Assembly (NCBI GenBank): GCA_947624865.1
Contig: CANQMH010000001.1
Location: 1 to 57,414, forward strand
DNA: 57,414 nt
From: an uncultured Clostridia bacterium
Lineage (GTDB): Bacteria > Bacillota > Clostridia > Oscillospirales > Acutalibacteraceae
Reading direction: 5' to 3'
In this document: positions 50,713 through 57,414 of the stretch, piece after piece
Layout: every line of letters starts with the position of its first letter
Numbering within the stretch: the stretch's first letter is position 1
Position numbers and translations under genes: made by a program
Notes under the pieces: model-generated
Databases searched by the model: none
Seen by the model: the letters and a program-made list of their open reading frames with translations, nothing else
What the model was told of the DNA's origin: nothing

Positions 50713-50732
50713 ATGCTTGTCAACATAGTAAT
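50702..50732 (+). promoter_or_regulatory. SigE-type promoter of the spoIIIA operon
   Basis: GTCATA-16 nt-CATAGTA; spoIIIA is SigE-dependent in Bacillus and Clostridium. Confidence 0.55.
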
Positions 50733-50761
50733 TACTGTAAAACATACAGGAGGAATTTAAA

Positions 50762-51712
50762 ATGACAAGTATGAATGATGAAGGACGTTTTAAACAGGCA
50801 GTCAGCTGCCTGAGTCCGCCGATTTACAAAAGGCTCATCAATTTGGCAGACCGTTTAAGCGCTTCTGCTCAGGAAATACGACTAAGAGTAAACAGACCGC
50901 TTGCGGTCGTCTGTCCTGATGTTACTTATTATGTTACTGTACAGGGCGGTTTGACAAGTGTTCCGATAAAAGATTCTATGCTGAATGTAACCAGAGCCGA
51001 TATTGCCGATACCTTTCATAATATCTGCAATTATTCAGTCTATGCAAGGCAAAAAGAAATAATAAACGGTTTTGTAACTATTCGCGGAGGACACAGAGCA
51101 GGCATTTGCGGCACTGCGGTAGTGAATAACGGAATGATCACAAATATCCGGGATATAACCTCAATTAACGTGCGAATTGCAAGAGAGCATAAAGGCTGTG
51201 CAAAAAAACTTATTGAAAGGCTCGGTGAAATTAATAAAGGCGTTCTTATATGCGGTGCGCCGTGTTCGGGAAAAACAACGGTTTTACGTGATTTGGCAAG
51301 AATTATTTCAACGGAAGCAGGCAAGAATGTTTCGCTTATTGATGAGAGGGGAGAGCTTGCAGGAATGTCGTCGGGTGTATTTCAGAATGACATTGGAATG
51401 TGCGACGTATATGACTCCTATAAAAAGAGCGAAGCTATGATGCAGGCAATTCGCAGTATGGCGCCCGACATAATAATTTGTGACGAGATAGGCTCTTGTG
51501 AGGATATAGAAGCAATAGAACATTCGGTAAACTGCGGTGTGACTATAATTGCGACTGTTCACTCATCAAGCGAATATGAGCTTAAACGCAGGGAGAACAT
51601 TCGCAGCATTGTAAAAACCGGTGCATTTTCAAAGATAGTATTTCTGTCAAATAAAAATTCGCCCGGACAAATAGTAAAAATATCCGAAGCAGGTGATGTT
51701 TTTGGTATTTAA
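50762..51712 (+). CDS. spoIIIAA: Stage III sporulation protein AA (ATPase)
   Basis: EIRLR, GFVTI.GGHRAG.CG, N.RIARE, GAPCSGKTT, DERGELA, RSMAP...DEIG. Confidence 0.95.
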   Translation: MTSMNDEGRFKQAVSCLSPPIYKRLINLADRLSASAQEIRLRVNRPLAVVCPDVTYYVTVQGGLTSVPIKDSMLNVTRADIADTFHNICNYSVYARQKEIINGFVTIRGGHRAGICGTAVVNNGMITNIRDITSINVRIAREHKGCAKKLIERLGEINKGVLICGAPCSGKTTVLRDLARIISTEAGKNVSLIDERGELAGMSSGVFQNDIGMCDVYDSYKKSEAMMQAIRSMAPDIIICDEIGSCEDIEAIEHSVNCGVTIIATVHSSSEYELKRRENIRSIVKTGAFSKIVFLSNKNSPGQIVKISEAGDVFGI

Positions 51713-52202
51713 AATAGTCGGCGGAGGACTTTTGATATGCGCCTGTTTTGCTTATGGTTGCTGTATGTCAAAAAATCTTTATATGAGGATGAATTTTATT
51801 AAAAGCTTTATTGTTTTCCTGTCGGCTCTATCAACCAATATAAGGTATAATTCAGCTGATATTTTTACGCTAGTGTCTATTTCTGCAAGATCAGAGGAGC
51901 TGTCGGCTTTAAAAATTAAAGATGACATTCCAAACTGTCCATTTGGCGTAATATGGGAAGAAAGAATAAAATCAATTCCCAAATGTTACTCACTTACAAA
52001 AGAGGATAAAGAGCTTTTAACCGAATTCGGTTCACAGCTTGGAAAAACCGACATTGACGGACAACTCAAACATATAGAGCTTTATAAAGCTGTTTTTAAA
52101 AAACAGCTGGCAAACTCGGAGGAAGCAATAATAAAAAAATCTAAGCTATACAAAACAATGGGCTTTTTTGTCGGAACGGCAGCAGCTCTGTTGATGATAT
52201 AA
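51696..52202 (+). CDS. spoIIIAB: Stage III sporulation protein AB
   Basis: K..G..L, FG..LG.TD..GQ, KLY..MG; operon order; exact start uncertain. Confidence 0.88.
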   Translation: MFLVFKIVGGGLLICACFAYGCCMSKNLYMRMNFIKSFIVFLSALSTNIRYNSADIFTLVSISARSEELSALKIKDDIPNCPFGVIWEERIKSIPKCYSLTKEDKELLTEFGSQLGKTDIDGQLKHIELYKAVFKKQLANSEEAIIKKSKLYKTMGFFVGTAAALLMI

Positions 52203-52211
52203 GAGGTAGAA

Positions 52212-52406
52212 ATGGACGTTGAGCTTATTTTTAAAATAGCCGCTGTGGGAATTATAGTGGCGGTGCTTACACAACTGCTCATAAGAAGCGGACGAGAGGA
52301 ACAGGCAATGCTTACCTCGCTTGCAGGGCTGATAGTGGTGCTGACGCTTATCATAACTCAGATAAGCTCGCTGTTCACAACAATAAAACGGTTGTTTGGA
52401 TTTTAA
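52212..52406 (+). CDS. spoIIIAC: Stage III sporulation protein AC
   Basis: MDVELIFKIAAVGI.VAVL..LL..SGREEQA. Confidence 0.95.
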   Translation: MDVELIFKIAAVGIIVAVLTQLLIRSGREEQAMLTSLAGLIVVLTLIITQISSLFTTIKRLFGF

Positions 52407-52408
52407 AA

Positions 52409-52798
52409 ATGAATGTAATTTCAATTTGTGTTCTGGCTGTTGTTGCTGTAATAATAATTGTCACCCTGCGTCCAAAAAACGGCGAAATAGCGATTATGCT
52501 CGGAATATCCTGTTCGGTAATAATTCTGCTGTCGGTGCTTTCACAAGTGTCGGAAGTGGTGAGTACGGTAAACCAGATAATTGCCGTATCCGACATAAGT
52601 ACAAGCTACATAGTTATATTGCTCAAAGTAATAGGAATATGCCTTATAACCGAATTTGCAGTAAACACCTGTAAGGACGCAGGTAGTCAGTCGCTTGCCA
52701 ATAATGTTTCACTTGCAGGAAAATTAATGGTGACAATTACCTCTCTGCCGCTGTACAGTGACATTCTAAACACTGTGCTTTCTCTTGTAAAGACGTAG
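52409..52798 (+). CDS. spoIIIAD: Stage III sporulation protein AD
   Basis: LLKVIGI...TEF....CKDAG..SLA..V.LAGK. Confidence 0.93.
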   Translation: MNVISICVLAVVAVIIIVTLRPKNGEIAIMLGISCSVIILLSVLSQVSEVVSTVNQIIAVSDISTSYIVILLKVIGICLITEFAVNTCKDAGSQSLANNVSLAGKLMVTITSLPLYSDILNTVLSLVKT

Positions 52799-52865
52799 TG
52801 ATAATTTACGATTGCTTTATATATATAAATCATAAATTATCATAAAGAAGTTAAGAGGTGAAGAA

Positions 52866-53984
52866 GTGAAAAAAATATTGGCTGTTATAATCATTGCCGT
52901 CACTCTGATTTGTTCATCGGTTTTTACAGCAAACGCACAAGACAGCGGATTAAGTTATGATTTATCCGGAATATACAACAGTCTTTCAGACGAAGTAAAG
53001 CAAAGCCTTGAAAGAATGGGAACTGACAGCGCAGATTTTAATAAGCTTTCACAGCTTTCATTTTCATCAATAATTAACGAAATAGCCAATATGGCGGGTG
53101 AAAATATCTCATCTCCGCTTAAAGGACTCATTACAATCATCGCGCTTTTGCTTATATGTTCAATTCTTTCAGCCTACAAAAATACTCTTAGCTCTGATGT
53201 TTCTACTGCAATAAACATTGTTTCAACGCTTTGTGTAACCTGTTCTGTTGCTATGCCTGCAATAGCTGTCATAAACAGCACCTCGTCGGTCATAGAAATT
53301 TCCTCTAACCTGATGATGGCATACATTCCCGTTATGGTAGTAATAATGGCTTCATCGGGACATCCCGTAAGCGGAGGTTCGTATTATTCAATGATGCTTG
53401 CGGCAGGAGAGGGAGTGGGACAGCTTTCTTCAAAAATAATTATTCCTCTTCTGAATATGTTTTTGGGACTTAGCGTAACGTCAACTGTGTCACCCGACAT
53501 AAACCTGAGCGGATTTACAAACATAATTTCAAAAGTAATAAAGTGGCTTTTAGGTTTTGGTATGACAATTTTTACGGCTGTTCTGACTTTTAAACAGCTT
53601 ATAACAACGTCGCTTGATGATGTATCAACGCGTGCCGTTAGGTTTACTCTCAATTCATTTATCCCGATTGTAGGCTCAGCTTTGTCGGACGCATATAAAA
53701 CAGTACAGGGAAGTATAAGCCTGTTAAAATCGGGAGTAGGAGTATTTGTCATAATCTCAATAGCAGTTGTGTTTCTGCCTGTAATACTGCAAAGTCTTAT
53801 GTGGATAATAACACTTTGGCTTGGCAAATCAACAGCGGACGTATTAAATCTTAGTCAAACCTCAAAGCTGCTTGAAAGCGTGACCACCGTGTTTTCAACA
53901 CTTCTTGCAATTGTTTTGTGTATAATGTCAATTTACATAATTTCAACTGCAATAGTTCTTATAATAGGCGGTGGCGGAAGTTGA
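52866..53984 (+). CDS. spoIIIAE: Stage III sporulation protein AE
   Basis: Polytopic membrane protein with FIPIVG.ALSDA...V.GS..LLK..VG. Confidence 0.9.
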   Translation: MKKILAVIIIAVTLICSSVFTANAQDSGLSYDLSGIYNSLSDEVKQSLERMGTDSADFNKLSQLSFSSIINEIANMAGENISSPLKGLITIIALLLICSILSAYKNTLSSDVSTAINIVSTLCVTCSVAMPAIAVINSTSSVIEISSNLMMAYIPVMVVIMASSGHPVSGGSYYSMMLAAGEGVGQLSSKIIIPLLNMFLGLSVTSTVSPDINLSGFTNIISKVIKWLLGFGMTIFTAVLTFKQLITTSLDDVSTRAVRFTLNSFIPIVGSALSDAYKTVQGSISLLKSGVGVFVIISIAVVFLPVILQSLMWIITLWLGKSTADVLNLSQTSKLLESVTTVFSTLLAIVLCIMSIYIISTAIVLIIGGGGS

Positions 53985-54454
53985 ACGGGATTTTTACTGT
54001 AATTACCGCCATATGTGCGACAACTCTTATCTGTACGCTTGTATCCAATTTTGTCAGTGACGGAAGTACCAAAAAGATAATCAACCTTGTGCTTGGCGCG
54101 TTTATAATTTGTTCGCTCATTGTACCCGTAAAAAATGCTTTAACACAGTTTGATGTCAATATTTCCGAATACGAAACGGCAGATGACTTGACGGCAACAG
54201 ATGATGAGCTGTACAACAAAGAGATTTTAAACAGCACAAAAGAAAATTTAGAGAAATCTCTGACAGATATTCTTCTGCAAAACTCAATAAAAATAAATGA
54301 CGGAAAAATAATTCTTGCGCTTACCGATGAAAACAGCATAATCATATCATCTATAAGCATATATATAAGCAAAGAATACATGCAGTACACCGATTTAATC
54401 AGCGAAATAGTTTTGCAGAACTTTGGAGTAATGCCAAACATAATGACGGAGTAA
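53981..54454 (+). CDS. spoIIIAF: Stage III sporulation protein AF
   Basis: Two N-terminal TM helices (..KKII.LVLG....I.P) plus soluble domain; operon order; TTG start. Confidence 0.75.
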   Translation: MNGIFTVITAICATTLICTLVSNFVSDGSTKKIINLVLGAFIICSLIVPVKNALTQFDVNISEYETADDLTATDDELYNKEILNSTKENLEKSLTDILLQNSIKINDGKIILALTDENSIIISSISIYISKEYMQYTDLISEIVLQNFGVMPNIMTE

Positions 54455-54457
54455 AAT

Positions 54458-54910
54458 ATGGAAGAAAGCAAAAGTATGGGAAAAATGAAAAAGCTGCTGG
54501 ATAATGATAAAATCCGCAGACTGATAGTTATATCCGGCATAGTGGGCATAGCGTTAATTTTTCTTTCATCCTACATAGATTTCGGCGCGCTGACAAATCA
54601 AAATAAGGAAGAAGAGTTTTCGGTGACAACCTACAGCACAGAAATTGAAAGCGACCTTCAGACTGTGATTTCACAAATTGAAGGTGCAGGAGAAACCAAA
54701 GTGCTGCTTACAATGGAAAACAGCGTAGAATATGTTTACCTTAATGACAGCACAACAAAAACAAAGGAAATCGAACCTCTCATCAGAGGAGTGCTCGTTG
54801 TATGTGAAGGCGGTGACGATCCTGTTGTAGTCGAGCGGATAACCGACGCGGTGACAAAAGCTCTTGACATTTCAACAGCAAAAGTATGTATTACAAAATT
54901 ATCAGAATAA
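54458..54910 (+). CDS. spoIIIAG: Stage III sporulation protein AG
   Basis: I.GAG...V.LT, P.IRGVLVVCEGGD...V...I..AV..AL.I...KV. Confidence 0.92.
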   Translation: MEESKSMGKMKKLLDNDKIRRLIVISGIVGIALIFLSSYIDFGALTNQNKEEEFSVTTYSTEIESDLQTVISQIEGAGETKVLLTMENSVEYVYLNDSTTKTKEIEPLIRGVLVVCEGGDDPVVVERITDAVTKALDISTAKVCITKLSE

Positions 54911-54924
54911 AGGTCGGTAGTATT

Positions 54925-55470
54925 ATGAAATTTCAAAAAAAGTATATAGTTCTTGCAGCTCTTGTTCTTGCACTCGGCACAGCGGTTTACATAAACTGGC
55001 AGTTTGCAGGCGCACATCCCGATACGACTTCAAAGGAGCTTGGAGCGGCTTCATATGTTAATGCAACTGTTTCAGAATCAACAACAGATGAAGCGGTAGA
55101 AACCGCTGCTCTGTCAAAGGAACAGAAAAACTATTTTGCAACCGAGCGGACAAAGCGTCAGACAACTCAGGATAAGGTCATAGACGACGCAAATAAAATA
55201 TTAAACATAGAGGGCGCAAGCGATGAGGAAAAAAGCGAAGCCCAGAAAAGCGTTGAAACTATGCTTAAAAACTTCACCATTCAGGACAGCATAGAAAGCA
55301 TAGTAAAAGCTAAAGGTTTTTCTGAATGTCTTTGTTACATAAGCGACGTCGGAGTTACAATAATAGTGCCGGACTCAGAACTGAACGATACCTCAGCGCT
55401 TGTAATTGATGACGCCGTAATATCTCATTACGAAGTTGATTATGATGATATATCAATAGTTGGAGCATAA
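54925..55470 (+). CDS. spoIIIAH: Stage III sporulation protein AH
   Basis: LVL.LG.AVYINW, YFA..R..R, IES.VKAKGF. Confidence 0.9.
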   Translation: MKFQKKYIVLAALVLALGTAVYINWQFAGAHPDTTSKELGAASYVNATVSESTTDEAVETAALSKEQKNYFATERTKRQTTQDKVIDDANKILNIEGASDEEKSEAQKSVETMLKNFTIQDSIESIVKAKGFSECLCYISDVGVTIIVPDSELNDTSALVIDDAVISHYEVDYDDISIVGA

Positions 55471-55530
55471 ATAGGGTTATAGAATGCTATATTTTGTATA
55501 ATCAAATAAAAATGATTGTGTGATATTGCA

Positions 55531-55559
55531 TTTACATTTTATTTCTGCTGTGATATAAT
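55531..55559 (+). promoter_or_regulatory. SigA promoter of nusB
   Basis: TTTACA-17 nt-TATAAT with TG extended -10. Confidence 0.7.
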
Positions 55560-55593
55560 TACTCTGTAATTATAAATTAAAGTTGGTATTATT

Positions 55594-56034
55594 ATGAGCA
55601 ATGATTTAAACAGCAGTCAGATTAAGCTTACACGAAGCGAGGCAAGAGAACAGGCATTTATGCTTTTGTTCTCGAAATCTTTTGATGACGAACCGCTTGA
55701 AACAACACTTGAGGACAATGCCGAGATGTTTGAGGGCGGAATATGCGGTTATGCACAGTCTGTTGTCAGTGCGATTGAGGACAAAAAGGACGAACTTGAC
55801 ACGGAAATCTCTAAATATTTAAAAAAGGGATGGTCGGTTTCAAGAATTTCAAAGCCTTCTCTTGCTATACTTCGTCTTGCTCTTTATGAAATAAAATATG
55901 TTGACAGCGTACCCGAAAGTGTTTCGGTTAATGAAGCCGTAGAGCTTGCAAAGAAATATACGATTGACGAAAGCAAGTTTGTAAACGGAATACTCGGCTC
56001 ATATCTGCGCAATAACTCAGAGGAAGCAAAATGA
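55594..56034 (+). CDS. nusB: Transcription antitermination factor NusB
   Basis: R..ARE.AF..LF, W...RI, ILRLA.YE, NEAVELAKKY, FVNGIL. Confidence 0.95.
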   Translation: MSNDLNSSQIKLTRSEAREQAFMLLFSKSFDDEPLETTLEDNAEMFEGGICGYAQSVVSAIEDKKDELDTEISKYLKKGWSVSRISKPSLAILRLALYEIKYVDSVPESVSVNEAVELAKKYTIDESKFVNGILGSYLRNNSEEAK

Positions 56035-56975
56035 GCCTGTTTCTCGGAATTGATACATCTAACTATACTACGTCAACAGCGCTTTATGACAGTGAAACAG
56101 GTAATATGATACAGCAGAAAAAGCTTCTGCCCGTAAAACAGGGACAGCTTGGACTGCGACAAAGCGACGCAGTATTTCATCATACAGCACAGCTTCATTC
56201 TCTGTTTTCAAAACTTGTTGAAAATATTGATACAACACAGATTGACGCAATCGGTGTTTCTATAAAGCCGCGCCCTGTTGACGGCTCATATATGCCGTGT
56301 TTTACAGTAGGAGAGAACACGGCAAAAATTTTATCTTCAGCTCTGAAAATACCGCTTTTTACATTTTCTCATCAGGAAGGACATATTGCGGCGGCACTCT
56401 ATTCTTCAAAACGTGATGATTTGTTTATGCAAAGATTTATAGCGTTTCATGTCAGCGGAGGAACAACCGAATCCGTAATTGCAGACGGATACAATGACGG
56501 ATTTTCTCTTGAACCGGCGTCAAAATCTCTTGATTTGCACGCAGGACAGGCTGTTGACCGCGTTGGGCTTATGCTCGGTCTTAATTTTCCCTGCGGTTCG
56601 GAGCTTGAAAAACTCGCGCTCAAAAATACAGCAATCATTACTGTTCATCCTACACTGAAAGGATGCGACTGTTGTTTGAGCGGAGTTGAAAACCTTTGTA
56701 AAAAGCTGATTAGTGAAAATAAGCCTAAGGAATATATTGCGGCATATTGTCTGAAATATATTGAAAAATCCCTTTCAATGATGACCGACAGACTTTTTGA
56801 AAAATTCGGCAGACTGCCTGTACTGTATGCCGGCGGCGTTATGTCAAATTCAATTATAAAAAATTCTTTTACAGAAAAATACAATGCTGTGTTTGCAGAG
56901 CCTTGTTATTCAACAGACAATGCGGCAGGCATAGCCTATCTTGCATACAGGAAGTTTAAAAATGTACACACCTGA
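56031..56975 (+). CDS. TsaD/Kae1-like ASKHA protein (M22-like paralogue)
   Basis: LGIDTSNYTTS, SHQEGH (HxxxH), SGGTT, AGQ..DR.G, GGV.SN, DNA.G. Confidence 0.8.
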   Translation: MSLFLGIDTSNYTTSTALYDSETGNMIQQKKLLPVKQGQLGLRQSDAVFHHTAQLHSLFSKLVENIDTTQIDAIGVSIKPRPVDGSYMPCFTVGENTAKILSSALKIPLFTFSHQEGHIAAALYSSKRDDLFMQRFIAFHVSGGTTESVIADGYNDGFSLEPASKSLDLHAGQAVDRVGLMLGLNFPCGSELEKLALKNTAIITVHPTLKGCDCCLSGVENLCKKLISENKPKEYIAAYCLKYIEKSLSMMTDRLFEKFGRLPVLYAGGVMSNSIIKNSFTEKYNAVFAEPCYSTDNAAGIAYLAYRKFKNVHT

Positions 56976-57414
56976 TTTTACCGCGCCAAAAGTTATCAGC
57001 GTATCTCAGCTTAATTTTTACATCAAGTCGCTGATAGAAAATGACCCAAAACTTAATATTGTATTTATTACAGGCGAAATATCAAATTTGACCGACCATT
57101 ACAGAAGCGGTCATATATATCTTTCTCTTAAAGATGAAAAGTCTGTAATACGTGCCGTTATGTTTGCAGGAAATGCGCGAAATCTGCGTTTTAAGCCTGC
57201 CGACGGTATGAAAGTCATATGCAGAGGACGCGTTGCTCTCTATGAACCGAACGGTCAGTATCAGCTTTATATTGAAGATATGCAGCCTGACGGAATAGGT
57301 GCGCTTACTTTGGCGTATGAACAGCTTAAAAAGACGCTTTCTGAAAAAGGTATTTTTGACAGTGAACGCAAAAAAACGCTTCCTAAGTTTCCTAAAACCG
57401 TCGGCGTTGTAACA
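56962..57414 (+). CDS. xseA: Exodeoxyribonuclease VII large subunit (5' part, truncated by window end)
   Basis: Manual translation MYTPDFTAPKVISVSQLNFYIK...GEISN..HY.SGH.Y.SLKD...G.YQLY...G.GAL. Confidence 0.93.
   Translation, partial: MYTPDFTAPKVISVSQLNFYIKSLIENDPKLNIVFITGEISNLTDHYRSGHIYLSLKDEKSVIRAVMFAGNARNLRFKPADGMKVICRGRVALYEPNGQYQLYIEDMQPDGIGALTLAYEQLKKTLSEKGIFDSERKKTLPKFPKTVGVVT

Overview
A 57.4-kb stretch of core chromosome from an endospore-forming, AT-rich Clostridia bacterium. Gene content and the dockerin style suggest Oscillospiraceae/Ruminococcus-like, which is inference. Almost all genes are on the + strand. Housekeeping blocks are yebC | yicC-remA-gmk-rpoZ-priA-def-fmt-peptidase-rsmB-rlmN-stp-pknB-rsgA-thiN-tRNA-Ala; ymfF-ymfH-lgt-folD; rplU-prp-rpmA-obgE-mrnC-yitT; amylase-sseB; hisH-hisF; rpiR-HI0933-cmk-plsC-ispH/rpsA-HD-ligA; spoIIIAA-AH; and nusB-tsaD-like-xseA (truncated by the window end). 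The accessory part (about 14.8-29.4 kb) holds the most interesting material. (1) A PASTA-domain Ser/Thr pseudokinase that lacks the VAIK, HRD and DFG catalytic residues. (2) A 2101-aa secreted dockerin protein beside the 3' end of tRNA-Leu(GAG). Its 15 BspA-type LRR units have a nearly invariant DNA framework with four hypervariable, aromatic-rich codons and re-used units. It also carries a very AT-rich helical/hydrophobic internal module that ends abruptly at a DPSG motif. This suggests a diversifying 'variable receptor plus swappable payload' surface system, which is a hypothesis only. The ispH-rpsA fusion retains an internal promoter-like sequence, RBS and ATG for stand-alone S1. I found no CRISPR array, integrase, transposase or reverse transcriptase.
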